DNA of 64,000 nucleotides from Planctomycetota bacterium (GCA_017303505.1 JAFLCP010000013.1:2446-66445), one strand, 5' to 3'. Positions 9,701 to 18,888 are shown, numbered from the stretch's first letter. Made by a program: numbers and translations. Notes: generated by a model not told the origin, from the sequence alone.

Positions 9701-10102
9701 AAGTGCGGCCACTCGAGTCTTGGGCGGGTCTTGGCCAATGTGTCCCACAAATTCTGCAACTGCGGGCACTTCGGGCAATTTTGCGGGATCATGAACCAAG
9801 TGCCGCATCGTGATCAACGTATGCGTCTTGCCTCCGCCATAGTTCAATTCAAGCTGCCGAACAGCTTTGTCGTTCTTGCCCGCTAGTCGTAGCACGACGT
9901 CGCGCACGAGCCCACGCAGATTATGCGTAGGGTAGGTAAGCGCAAAAAAATCGTCGGCGTTCTCGTAAATGGGACGTTTCCCATTCTGCATCATCACTTC
10001 GTACAGGTCCGCTGCAAATAAGTGCAGTGGTAAGTCACCCGTCTCTAAATCTTTTCGGATCTTGACTACTTCGTGCCAGGCTTTCCAAGGTTGCTTTGCC
10101 AT
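6731..10102 (-). CDS. DUF499-family P-loop ATPase
   Basis: The N-terminus (PWKAWHEVVKIRKDLETGDLPLHLFAADLYEV) is typical of DUF499. Walker A-like NYGGGKTHTL and Walker B LILLDEVLLY. 1123 aa. Confidence 0.8.
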   Translation of the reverse strand: MAKQPWKAWHEVVKIRKDLETGDLPLHLFAADLYEVMMQNGKRPIYENADDFFALTYPTHNLRGLVRDVVLRLAGKNDKAVRQLELNYGGGKTHTLITMRHLVHDPAKLPEVPAVAEFVGHIGQDPPKTRVAALCFDKVDVETGCDVRSPDGSVRRLREPWSLLAYQIAGDEGLKLLHADKKAEERNTPPAENVLSDLLSIPLKDGMGTLILLDEVLLYAKVRVHAEPGWLDVLTSFFQYLTQAAAKVERCCIVASLLSSEPKDQADTLGKNIVSALNDIFQRQREEAVQPVEKDDVAEVLRRRLFDPDSIQHKGTWPTHIIAALKGINALDEQTAKKGSLAEERYQKSYPFHPELTEVFYSKWSSGIERFQKTRGVLRTFALALREAVKWDESPLVGPAVFLSAPKTHGLSEAARELVSIADTIVSDGAATRWTGILETELECARQVEQESVGLKLREIEQAAMATFLHSQPTGRSAKTRDLMLLVGPCRPDRIEYEKGLMRWARKSYWLDDQNLPTTDGELPSDWKLGNRPNLTQMQSAAFATIDTELVRARLLEDVGKLKTLTAGASAAGVKVHTLPSKPKDIEDDGLFHYAVMPPSAASESGKPSSEAKRFLDETSGSNKPRVHRNAVILLTPSRDGLSAAEARIQDSMAWELVRDELTPSTDEEKQQKGPIDVARMQTLKINIDKARERIPDAIRQAYCIVVTVSEKDEAHAFKLSISDQNHFETIKNDSRSRVRDTAITADALLPDGPYNLWQDGDKSRRVKDLAGAFAQLPHLPKMLKSSAIVETLVEGCLQGSFVLKVTRPDRSYRTWWRDRPDDAALADPSLELVLPEYAELAEVLPKLLAPSVLPGLWAGEEITAQTVIDYFSGRHVVEVDRGGYKESVHVPKTSQDAIELAIRNAVAAGYIWLLSGPSSLWAEDVPPGILTPAAKLRVPPESIAPAALLPATLPTAWKNETTNAAAIATALSHQSGVTLPWKNVASAISAAITGRFLSLTDDSNDWPCEFAMASKAKFTVVNSSGGSNGGTSAGAYQGPAGLGLGSVSEKHGVRAVSELEAFELQELGEYVAALLDIKNKCDAPLTFSIQIDFGDAQQKPSAEIVTEMNSVLAKIRDGLKLT

Positions 10103-10191
10103 TGTTTTTTATCTCTTTCTCTTCGCTCATTTCGTTTGATTTGTATTATTCAGTGTTTGTCAGTTAATAGGAGCAGGATCGATTATCCAAC

Positions 10192-13100
10192 TCACTCATC
10201 CTCTTCGAACTCAAAAGCGAGGAGGGGGCCGCGATCGGCGATTGCCCCCTTAGCTCCGATGTGGTTACTAATGCTCTCCAGCAGCGAACGCTCACCATTC
10301 GTGGATAGCTCAATCAACGATTGCACTACACGTTTGAATAATTCATTTCGACGCAAGCCATGTTCATCGAGAAACTCATCAACCTTTTGAACGTCGCCAC
10401 TCTTCCATAGATGCATAACCCGATGGATGCGATCGATTAGTGGTACCGGGCGACCCTCGGGCGCCTCGATCCCCATACTGCGATGTGTCCGGCGATCCCA
10501 CGCTTTCAACTTCACCTTGTTTCCGCTTCCCGACGGTTCGGAATCGGGATCGTCATCGTCAGGATTGCTTTCGACGTCGTCATCGCCGCCGGAGGTAACA
10601 CCACCTCGAACTAGAATATCCCAGGTTCGTTCCAATTCAGTATCTGTCAGTCCGCAAGCAGTCGCGTAGAGGATGCAGGCGCCTATAGGAGCTTCGTCCA
10701 TACGGAAATCGTAGCGGTGGAGAAGGTAGTAGGCTGTTACTTCATCAAGTCGATCCGCGGCAACCGTTTCCTTTTCCTTTGCTCCAGTTAGCACTTGGCC
10801 GACTACGTAATCGACAACCATCCGGCGGACATGAGTTAGAAACTCGCCTACCGTCATGATTTCGCCATCGACTAAAGCTTTACGAACAACAGGGTGCTTG
10901 CTATACGCTTCCATCGCTGGCCCAGTTGCAGCCCACACAAAGTCGGGCCCGCGAATTCCTGCATCCCAAAATTCACGAAGCTGAGTCGCAATTTTGGTAC
11001 GCATCTCTTCGAGTACTTTGTTGTCCCAACCAGGCTTAGCTGATGTAGGACGTTTCTTGCACACGAGCCAGACTGATGAAGACAATGCAGCTGCTGATTG
11101 TGACCGAGTACGAGCAACTCGTTCAGTTTGTATGGGCCAACTGCCATCAACAACGAAACCGGCACGAATCACAGCCGAAACGAGTGTTTCCCATGCATCA
11201 GGATGCTTATGCGCAAATACCAACACTAAGCGTCCATTGCTATTTAACGCTTGCCCGCATGCAACAAAAGCTTTTGCCATGCCGTTTTCATAAGCGTCTT
11301 TTGAGTCCTTCTTATTTCCGCCGAATCGACTCGCATCATCAACCAATTCACCATCGTTCGTTTCACTGTTCCATTTTGGAGCTAAAGGCTGATCTGAATC
11401 GTAGCTGCCGTCCTGGATAATTCCATGCAGCGCTCTTCGGTGCCAAGTATAGAAGAAATCCATAAGCACCGAATATCCAATCGCATCGTAGTATGGTGGA
11501 TCAGTTATGATTACGTCATACAGCCCTGTCCCAGGTGGGTTTATGGCGGAACCACGCAAAACAGAAGGTGGTTCTGCTTGAAGCGTGGCATTGCATGTAT
11601 GCTCGGTCGCACGACAGATCCATTCCACGGCGCCCCGATAGTTGCCGCTAGTTTCACCCAGCGGATTGCCTTCACAGTAGTCCCATATAAATGGTAACGC
11701 CCAACGGACAAACGTATGCCCTAAGAACTCTCCGCCGGAAGTCCACGTAACACATCGGCTGGAGAAATCTGCGAGGCGACCGACTGCCAGCGTGAGTAAT
11801 CCAACTAGCCCCTCGGTCCATTCAGCGTCGTAACTATACTTTCTGCCTTCAATGGAAATCTCACGGGTGGACAGCACTAATCTTCCAAGTGCAGCCATCT
11901 GCCTCGAGTTATAAAGTTTGTGAAACTCATTGATCCCATAAAGAGAGCACCAGGTATTTCCCTTGGCATCCAGGATCATTGGCTCATGGAGCATGCCAAA
12001 TGGAATTTTTGCAAAAATATTGTCTACCTCGCATTCAATTGATGATGAGGCAGCTAGGTCAATATCTGTCGGCTTTCTGTACTCTTTCCCATTTCCACCA
12101 TCGACTACTACAGCGGTTAGAGTTTGGCCAATACGATCATTCATTCCCTCAATTTGTATGTCGGCCTTGGTCATGAAAACGCCACATGCTGGACATTTAC
12201 CGCCGGACTTTGTTACAGTTCCCTCACCAACACGTTTGTCATGTTCTCTCTTTTGTGCTGCGTTGCCTCCCTTTGCCGGTTCATTTTGATTAATGTTGAA
12301 GCCAACAACTCTTGTTGCTTTGTCAATCGTTAGTTCGAGCTTGATGCGTTTAGTCTCGGATTTAGCCAGCCAAAGTGTTTTGATCAAGGGAAATACGACG
12401 CGGCAATTCTTGCAAGCAACAGTTCTGGCCCAAAGAAAAGCGACAGTTGGCTTAACAACCCATCGAGGGTTACCTTTAATTGCAAGATAATCATCAGAAA
12501 ACTCATCATTTAGAACTTCTATATCTGGCGTGCCGTCTTCCTTTAACTTGAGCAATTTTGTTGGTTGATACTCGTAAGCGACGCTATTCTTCTTCAACGG
12601 CTCAAAATCTGCGTATGTCGGGTAGTATTTTGCTAGGTCGCGACGCGTTTGTTGAAGCACCCACTGCCCCCAAGCGCGAACATGCCAAGCAAGATCTGCC
12701 TGCAATTCGCCTTCATCCTCAGCACCGTCGTTTACGAATCCAAAGGTCTGTTGCGGTTGGCTGCTATCATTCCACTTTTTTCGCTTCTTCAATCGCGCGT
12801 GCAACTTCGCCAGTGCCGCCCGAACCTCCGTCTTGGAATATCCCTTGGCCTTTTTGAAAAAGTCCGTCATGAACTCATCATTGCGCAAGATAAATTCCGG
12901 TAGCGGCCGTGTTTGCCCTGCTAGCTTTTGTGGATACTCAAGAGTGCATTTCAGGATAAACCAAGCCACTGGGTTGATATCCACGGCAGTTGTTTCGCAG
13001 CCCAATCGCATCGCTTCCAGTGGGATTGCTCCACCACCAGCGAATGGATCGAGTACCTTGGGAGCTCGCCCTCCATAAGCCTTACGAATTTCGTCACGAA

Positions 13101-13452
13101 ACCACTGCAGCGTCTCCTCGTTTTCTGTTTCACGGCCCCAGTGCAAAATGCCGCCTTCGGTCTCCTTCTTCACGCGTTCGACGATTTGACCATTGGGCAT
13201 TTTCTTGCGTTCAATCTTCTTGACGACCTTGCCTGCGATCTTCTCGCACAGCTCACGTCGCCCTTCCGCCGTTCCAGGATCAGGCAGCAGCGTCGCAATC
13301 AGCGCCGCGCGACAAGCGGCCAATGGCCGACGTGCGGGCCAGATGTGAAGTGTCGAGATATGACCATGCCGCACGTTCTTCTCATGCACTGAGTCAAGGG
13401 ACGTTGCTTCCAATGGGAAAGCGTGTTCGATCAATCGCGGGAAATCACTCAT
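10192..13452 (-). CDS. DUF1156-family N6-adenine DNA methyltransferase with internal Zn-ribbon
   Basis: DUF1156 signature IEHAFPLEATSLDSVHEKNVRHGHISTLHIWPARRPLAACRA. SAM motif I VLDPFAGGGAIPLEA, motif IV IITDPPYYD, and Zn-ribbon GGKCPACG. Confidence 0.9.
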   Translation of the reverse strand: MSDFPRLIEHAFPLEATSLDSVHEKNVRHGHISTLHIWPARRPLAACRAALIATLLPDPGTAEGRRELCEKIAGKVVKKIERKKMPNGQIVERVKKETEGGILHWGRETENEETLQWFRDEIRKAYGGRAPKVLDPFAGGGAIPLEAMRLGCETTAVDINPVAWFILKCTLEYPQKLAGQTRPLPEFILRNDEFMTDFFKKAKGYSKTEVRAALAKLHARLKKRKKWNDSSQPQQTFGFVNDGAEDEGELQADLAWHVRAWGQWVLQQTRRDLAKYYPTYADFEPLKKNSVAYEYQPTKLLKLKEDGTPDIEVLNDEFSDDYLAIKGNPRWVVKPTVAFLWARTVACKNCRVVFPLIKTLWLAKSETKRIKLELTIDKATRVVGFNINQNEPAKGGNAAQKREHDKRVGEGTVTKSGGKCPACGVFMTKADIQIEGMNDRIGQTLTAVVVDGGNGKEYRKPTDIDLAASSSIECEVDNIFAKIPFGMLHEPMILDAKGNTWCSLYGINEFHKLYNSRQMAALGRLVLSTREISIEGRKYSYDAEWTEGLVGLLTLAVGRLADFSSRCVTWTSGGEFLGHTFVRWALPFIWDYCEGNPLGETSGNYRGAVEWICRATEHTCNATLQAEPPSVLRGSAINPPGTGLYDVIITDPPYYDAIGYSVLMDFFYTWHRRALHGIIQDGSYDSDQPLAPKWNSETNDGELVDDASRFGGNKKDSKDAYENGMAKAFVACGQALNSNGRLVLVFAHKHPDAWETLVSAVIRAGFVVDGSWPIQTERVARTRSQSAAALSSSVWLVCKKRPTSAKPGWDNKVLEEMRTKIATQLREFWDAGIRGPDFVWAATGPAMEAYSKHPVVRKALVDGEIMTVGEFLTHVRRMVVDYVVGQVLTGAKEKETVAADRLDEVTAYYLLHRYDFRMDEAPIGACILYATACGLTDTELERTWDILVRGGVTSGGDDDVESNPDDDDPDSEPSGSGNKVKLKAWDRRTHRSMGIEAPEGRPVPLIDRIHRVMHLWKSGDVQKVDEFLDEHGLRRNELFKRVVQSLIELSTNGERSLLESISNHIGAKGAIADRGPLLAFEFEEDE

Positions 13453-14167
13453 TATCTTTTTCTTCCTTGGAAGGTGCTTCTTCGTTGGCGTTGGGCTTAG
13501 TGGCAGTTACTGCAGGTGCATTCTGCGTTGGCATTGGAAGCTGAAGAAATTGCACCAGTAGTTCACGGGCATAGTGCTTTCCAAACCGATGCATTCGCAG
13601 AGCCGCGAGCACTGCTCCGAAGCCAAGTAGCCCAATCGCACTCCAGTTCGTAGGCACCTTGAAGATCGCGACAATCGCGACGAACACTAGCGAAACGCAC
13701 AGGCCGCGGTTTAGACCATAGTTGCCATTGAAGATGTCGACCCTGGACGCACGGCTCTGGGCAGCAACGGCGGCGTAGATTTGACGCGTAATTCCATACC
13801 ACTCTTTTCTGCCAATTGCAGAAAGATCTGCGGGTACGCTCAAACCTAATTTTGTTTGTAATTGGCTGATAATCGCTGTGCGCTGCGAGTCATGGATCAG
13901 CTTCAATTTGTTCGAGCGAATCCAGTCGCTCGGCATTCCGTACCAATACCACCAAGCCGTTTCCAGGAAACCTCCGAGGGTTTGCACTAAATGTCCCGCA
14001 GCATATGACAAGATCAAGAACACACCCAAGCTGCCGAGTGACATGTCCTTCAACGGCACCGTCTGCGCTATCAGAGTCTCTGCTTGAGCTAATCCGAAAA
14101 TCAGAATCGCACCGGGCATCACGATTCCAGCAAACTCATAAAAGTCGAAATTTTTGTCTGCCTTCAT
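13445..14167 (-). CDS. four-TM membrane protein of unknown function
   Basis: Two N-terminal and two C-terminal hydrophobic helices flank a ~85-aa soluble segment. ATGA overlap with the upstream MBL gene and an 8-nt overlap with the downstream methyltransferase. Confidence 0.6.
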   Translation of the reverse strand: MKADKNFDFYEFAGIVMPGAILIFGLAQAETLIAQTVPLKDMSLGSLGVFLILSYAAGHLVQTLGGFLETAWWYWYGMPSDWIRSNKLKLIHDSQRTAIISQLQTKLGLSVPADLSAIGRKEWYGITRQIYAAVAAQSRASRVDIFNGNYGLNRGLCVSLVFVAIVAIFKVPTNWSAIGLLGFGAVLAALRMHRFGKHYARELLVQFLQLPMPTQNAPAVTATKPNANEEAPSKEEKDNE

Positions 14168-15150
14168 CGATCGTACTCCGAGTCAATGGTTGGTTGGCTG
14201 TATGCAGGGATGTTTACTACGATGTCCCCTTTCCATCGAGTGGACCAAACGTTGTTGCTATACGCTCGGTACTTGTTAGATGCGTCAGTAGATGGTTTCT
14301 TGCCCACAGAGACGATCGTGTATTCCGGCTTCATCGCGGCGACCGCAGGTTGATAGTAACCTGAGTCACGACCATGGTGACTGGCTTTCAAAATGTCACA
14401 TTTCAAATTGCTGCCATAGTAGTCATGAATGGACTCCCAGACTTCAGCCTCGGCATCGCCGCCAAGTATGATCCGCGTGCCATTTGCCACCAGATAGAGA
14501 ACATAGCTGAGGTTATTGTGATTTTTCGATGTGTTAGCCGCTGTATTGGTCTCTATTGTCGGCGCGAGGATATGAATGCCGTCTCCTCCATCAGTCAAAT
14601 CGGCGTTTTGGTTGAAATATGGTCTATGCATGCCCCGATAGTATCGCAACACCGTCACGTCGCCTGGACTGCGCCATTCGCCGTTGCGCAACCGTTGGTA
14701 GCGTCCCCAGTCGATTCGATCGTTGTCTGTTTTGAAGTCTGGGACTTTGGAGTGCCAAGTATCCCAGACGTTGCGGATCGCGATGCCCTCGCGCCACAAT
14801 GCGTTGAGCCCACGCATGTGGTCAAGGTCCGGATGAGATTGGATGTACCGAAAAATCTCTCGACCAGGAAAGTGCTGCTTAAAGTACTCCACCGGATTGG
14901 TCAGTTGAACGTTGTAACCGGCAGTTTTGAGAACACCTTCAATCAACCGACCTGACAGTTTTATACCGAGGGCCTTTGCGAGCGCGAGCTGTGCGTTATC
15001 GTACGACGACGGGGTCTCATCCGCTATTTCTTGTGCGGATGTGTCGTCGAGGCTGTCTCCGTTGTTGATGTCGATCATCGTAATGCGACCACTATCATGC
15101 TCGATGATGGTGCAGTCACCGTGGCCAACATTTAAGAAGTGAATCTTCAT
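14164..15150 (-). CDS. metallo-beta-lactamase-fold hydrolase (second, divergent ComEC-type MBL paralog)
   Basis: Motifs FLNVGHGDCTIIEH, QSHPDLDHMRG (variant HxDxDH), LGGDAE and KASHHGRDSGY. Alignable by eye with the 5591-6673 product. ATGA overlaps on both sides. Confidence 0.85.
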   Translation of the reverse strand: MKIHFLNVGHGDCTIIEHDSGRITMIDINNGDSLDDTSAQEIADETPSSYDNAQLALAKALGIKLSGRLIEGVLKTAGYNVQLTNPVEYFKQHFPGREIFRYIQSHPDLDHMRGLNALWREGIAIRNVWDTWHSKVPDFKTDNDRIDWGRYQRLRNGEWRSPGDVTVLRYYRGMHRPYFNQNADLTDGGDGIHILAPTIETNTAANTSKNHNNLSYVLYLVANGTRIILGGDAEAEVWESIHDYYGSNLKCDILKASHHGRDSGYYQPAVAAMKPEYTIVSVGKKPSTDASNKYRAYSNNVWSTRWKGDIVVNIPAYSQPTIDSEYDR

Positions 15151-18100
15151 TCCTTCCCTCCTAACCGTTCTGCCCGGAGGACTTCTGCTCTCTTGATCAA
15201 CACACTTCCCTTTGCACTCGCTAGTAGGTTCCCGAATGGATCTTGAACTCGGGCAAGTTTTGGCGAGGGCGTTGCGCAGTCGTACACTACGTAGAGCCAG
15301 TACTGATCACGAAGGTTGGCTGCCCGAGCCCATTCGTTTGACGAGACTTCAACGTCGCCCGTACTTGCGCGACCTTTCACTTCAATGGCTCGTCGACCTC
15401 GTGGATCGGTAGATGGGTAGATCGCTAACAGGTCGAAGCCAGGATTGTCAGTTAAGCCTGCCGCTCGGGCGAGTTCGGGTGTAGACACATCCTTAACCTC
15501 CGCGCCTTGAGCTTCTTCGAAAGCTCTGGCGACATCCATGGCCACGCGTTCGACGTCGGCGTCGTGTCTGGCTAAGTCATCTGGATCGGACGAGGGGACA
15601 ATCAGGGCATGAGCGACGAAGACCACCTTGCCTGGTCTGATCAACTCGGGTTCTCGATGGATTGTATCGATCGCTAATTGTCGTCGTCCGGACAGGGATT
15701 TTTGTTGATTTCGTATATCAGTGAGAGCCTTGAGTGCACCAGGATTTCCAGCTCGCGCTTTCTCGGACAGCCTGTTTCGAGCTGCTGCCAACTCACTCTC
15801 TTGAAAGCTGAATCCACGCCGAATGAATTGCTCGCGCTCTGCTAAAGTAGCAAGCATCTGATTGCGACGCCCCATAGCAATGTCGCGGGAAACGCGTTCT
15901 GTTAGATAGGCCTCAGCCAGCTCACACATCTTGCTCGCTTCTGCGGCCAAACGCTGGGCGGTAGCTGGCAGTCCTTTACTTGGACCAAGAAGCATTAAGT
16001 GCTCAACTGGACATAGTTCAGTGTCAGCGCCTTCGTACTGGCGAATGCCAATCAATCGACACTCCAATCGTTCCGGCGTGGCCAAATCGGGAAAGTCTTT
16101 GTCGGCAGCGCGATCAACGGTCGCCAACGCCACATGGAACAGATAGGGTTTGCTGGCTGTAGGATCGACAAACACAGCGCCGTTTAGCGCATCTTGGCCA
16201 ATCCGCTCGGATACTAAATCGCGAAAAGCCTCAAAGACAGGTTCGCCTGGATGCACCCACACCGCAGCTCCGCGTTCTTGTGGGCGAACGACAGAGAGGC
16301 ATTGTCTTTGTCGAGCGTTATAAAGCTCCAGTGTTGGCAGGATCGGATCAATCGAGCCGGGGTGGAGGGGAATGAAGGAAAAGCACTTCTGCATGTCGCC
16401 TTCCATCCCAATTCCCGCGGGGGGGCCAGCGTTCTCTAGATACTGGCGAACGTATCCTGGCAATAGTCGACGATATGCTTCTTGCATCAAGTCGGCACGC
16501 AGTCTCGGCAGTTGCTTCTTGACGTCTCCGCCATCGCCGTAAAGCATTCGTTCTTGAGCTGCGAGTGCTTGAACCTGTTCAGCGGTTAGCTTGCCAGACA
16601 ACTCACTGATCGCTTGGTCCGCACCATCGACTACCGCTTGCTCCATGTAAGTGCTCAACGATACGCCTTCGAACAATCGCCCGATCGAATCAAAGACTTT
16701 CTCGCTGCCAAGCGAATCGCGAATGATCTCAAGTTTCGCAAGCAATGTTTCGATCACCTTGCCTTCGCGAGTGTCGGGCGAAACCAAGTTAATTATGTGA
16801 ACTGGGTCGTGCTTCTGTCCGTAGCGATGAATTCGGCCCATGCGCTGTTCGAGACGAGCCGGGTTCCAAGGGACATCAAAGTTAATCATGATCCAGCAAA
16901 ACTGGAGGTTGATGCCTTCGGCCGCCGCATCCGTGCAAATCATGAATCGCGCTCCGTCCGCTTGGGTATGATCGCGTCGAAAGCGCTCAACTGCTTCTTG
17001 CCTGGCCTTGTAGTCCATTCCGCCATGGATTTGCGCAATACGACCTGTATGGCCCAATCCGCCTAAGCGGCCAACTAGATAGTCGAGCGTATCTCGATGC
17101 TCGGTGAAGACGATTAGCTTTTCGCCAGCGAACCTAGGGCTATTCAGGATCTCTTGGAGTTTTTCGAACTTCGATTCGCTACCATCCGCTTGAACGCGGC
17201 GGGCTAGTTGGAGCAGCACCGCAACCTGTTCTCGTTCAACGTATAGATCCGTCAGCGATGTCGCGATCACGCCTGAAAGGAGCTTTCCTTCGGCCACTTC
17301 GCTTTCTTCACGGTCACCAATCGCCCGTTCTTCATCAGCGGTTTTGGTGTCAAAGACGTCTTCTTGATCCGAAGCCAGGCGACGCTGCAAAAGATTGATC
17401 TCTTCGCCAGTCAAATTATTGTCCTGGACTCGCTGGATCAACTCGTCTAGCTTTTCAATGCGTCGCTCGAATGATCGGGTTAGTGCGTATGTCGAGCTTG
17501 CAAGGCGACGCTGCATAACGCTCATTGCCAATCGAGCCGCCGATCGATTGAGCAACTTGGCACGATTGTAAACGTGCCTCATGTAATCGGTCGTTTCGTT
17601 GTACAGGACCTGTTCACTGAAAGGTCCTTGGCTGAGGCGGAATCCAAGCGTGTCGGAAATGCGCTTGGGATAGAGCGGCTCTCCCGACAATAGCACCATC
17701 TCCTCCTTGGTGCGTCGGATGAAGTGGGACTGGCGACGCTCGACAGGATAGTTTTCGAACGCCTCGGGCGTTGAGAGCACATCCGGCTCGAGTAACCGCC
17801 AAAGACCGTAGTAAGGATAAGGCTTGCCTTGGTGCGGCGTCGCGGTTAGCAACAGCAAGTGGTGCGGAGACCAATTCAGCTGCCAAGCTGGATCAAGTCC
17901 TCGGACGCCAGCGAGTGATTCAGCTAACTCATATCGGCCCGTCTTTCGGACGCGTAGGTCGCTACTCCGATTAACGGAGAGCTTGTGTGCTTCATCGAAG
18001 ACAACCAGGTCGTATGGTTCTACATCAGGTTCCTGCAATCGAGCGAACATTTTAGGGCCAGCAAGCGTGTCTACGCTTACGACGATTCGATCACTGCCTG

Positions 18101-18719
18101 GGCCAATGAAGGGATTCCCGGCCCGCGTGTCCGATCCTGTGACGACGTTGAAAGGCAGATTGAACAAAGACTGCATTTCGCTTTGCCAGTTACCAATCAG
18201 TCCGGCGGGTGGCACGATCAGCACGCGACGAATCAAGCGTCGGGACAACATCTCGCGAATATACAAGCCCGTCATGATGGTCTTGCCAGCACCGGCGTCG
18301 TCAGCAAGCAGGAACCGCAACCTAGGGTGCTTTAAGAGGTAGTCATAGACAGCAATTCGTTGGTGTGGCAACGGGTCAATACTGGACGTTTCCGTCGCAA
18401 AAGCGGGGTTCGACAGGTGGCCAAAAGACAACCGTTCCCCCTCAACCACGGCGCGGACAATTTCAGGATTCGCCGTGAATTCGACTTTGCCAGCATTGGA
18501 AACCAGGTGTCCACCAAACGTTGTTTCGTGGTCCTCTCCCACAAGCTTCTGAAGTTGTTCCCAGGCAAGCTGCGAAGGCTTAGCATGCCCATTCTCCCAC
18601 CGGCTTACGGTTGGGAAAGACACGTTAAGTCGTTTGGCAAACTCGGTTTGCGTCAATCCTATTCGCGCACGAATCCGCCGAATTTCAGCTGGCAAGTCTT
18701 CAATTTCTGCTAGATCCAC
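15147..18719 (-). CDS. HTH(XRE)-SNF2 helicase-DUF3883 fusion protein
   Basis: GTG start with GGAG 9 nt upstream. N-terminal HTH IGLTQTEFAKRLNVSFPTVSRWENGHAKPS. Helicase motifs LLADDAGAGKT, VVFDEAHKL and QRMGRIHRYGQK. C-terminal DUF3883-like GFDLLAIYP...RRAIEVKGRASTGDVEVSSNEWARAANLRDQYWLYVVY. Confidence 0.9.
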   Translation of the reverse strand: MDLAEIEDLPAEIRRIRARIGLTQTEFAKRLNVSFPTVSRWENGHAKPSQLAWEQLQKLVGEDHETTFGGHLVSNAGKVEFTANPEIVRAVVEGERLSFGHLSNPAFATETSSIDPLPHQRIAVYDYLLKHPRLRFLLADDAGAGKTIMTGLYIREMLSRRLIRRVLIVPPAGLIGNWQSEMQSLFNLPFNVVTGSDTRAGNPFIGPGSDRIVVSVDTLAGPKMFARLQEPDVEPYDLVVFDEAHKLSVNRSSDLRVRKTGRYELAESLAGVRGLDPAWQLNWSPHHLLLLTATPHQGKPYPYYGLWRLLEPDVLSTPEAFENYPVERRQSHFIRRTKEEMVLLSGEPLYPKRISDTLGFRLSQGPFSEQVLYNETTDYMRHVYNRAKLLNRSAARLAMSVMQRRLASSTYALTRSFERRIEKLDELIQRVQDNNLTGEEINLLQRRLASDQEDVFDTKTADEERAIGDREESEVAEGKLLSGVIATSLTDLYVEREQVAVLLQLARRVQADGSESKFEKLQEILNSPRFAGEKLIVFTEHRDTLDYLVGRLGGLGHTGRIAQIHGGMDYKARQEAVERFRRDHTQADGARFMICTDAAAEGINLQFCWIMINFDVPWNPARLEQRMGRIHRYGQKHDPVHIINLVSPDTREGKVIETLLAKLEIIRDSLGSEKVFDSIGRLFEGVSLSTYMEQAVVDGADQAISELSGKLTAEQVQALAAQERMLYGDGGDVKKQLPRLRADLMQEAYRRLLPGYVRQYLENAGPPAGIGMEGDMQKCFSFIPLHPGSIDPILPTLELYNARQRQCLSVVRPQERGAAVWVHPGEPVFEAFRDLVSERIGQDALNGAVFVDPTASKPYLFHVALATVDRAADKDFPDLATPERLECRLIGIRQYEGADTELCPVEHLMLLGPSKGLPATAQRLAAEASKMCELAEAYLTERVSRDIAMGRRNQMLATLAEREQFIRRGFSFQESELAAARNRLSEKARAGNPGALKALTDIRNQQKSLSGRRQLAIDTIHREPELIRPGKVVFVAHALIVPSSDPDDLARHDADVERVAMDVARAFEEAQGAEVKDVSTPELARAAGLTDNPGFDLLAIYPSTDPRGRRAIEVKGRASTGDVEVSSNEWARAANLRDQYWLYVVYDCATPSPKLARVQDPFGNLLASAKGSVLIKRAEVLRAERLGGKE

Positions 18720-18888
18720 CCTGTCTGCTCCGGAACGACAAAAAACTGGTTCGCTTGAAGTATATCACTTGATAGGTTGCTGGCCAGCTGTCACGCGATA
18801 TGATATTTCCGTAGCTGGGGCAGTGACTTAAGATTCTCAATCTGGTGGGTCTTCCCATATGGATGGACACTTTGTTTAGGAGGCTGAT

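Noticed and set aside
10994-18713. Many plus-strand ORFs of 60-190 aa inside the operon A genes (e.g. 12928-13392, 14374-14955, 16614-17066, 17824-18342, 18360-18713).
   Set aside because: They are antisense to long ORFs that carry unambiguous family motifs. Their products are Arg/Ser/Cys-rich and low-complexity, as expected from antisense frames of GC-moderate genes.
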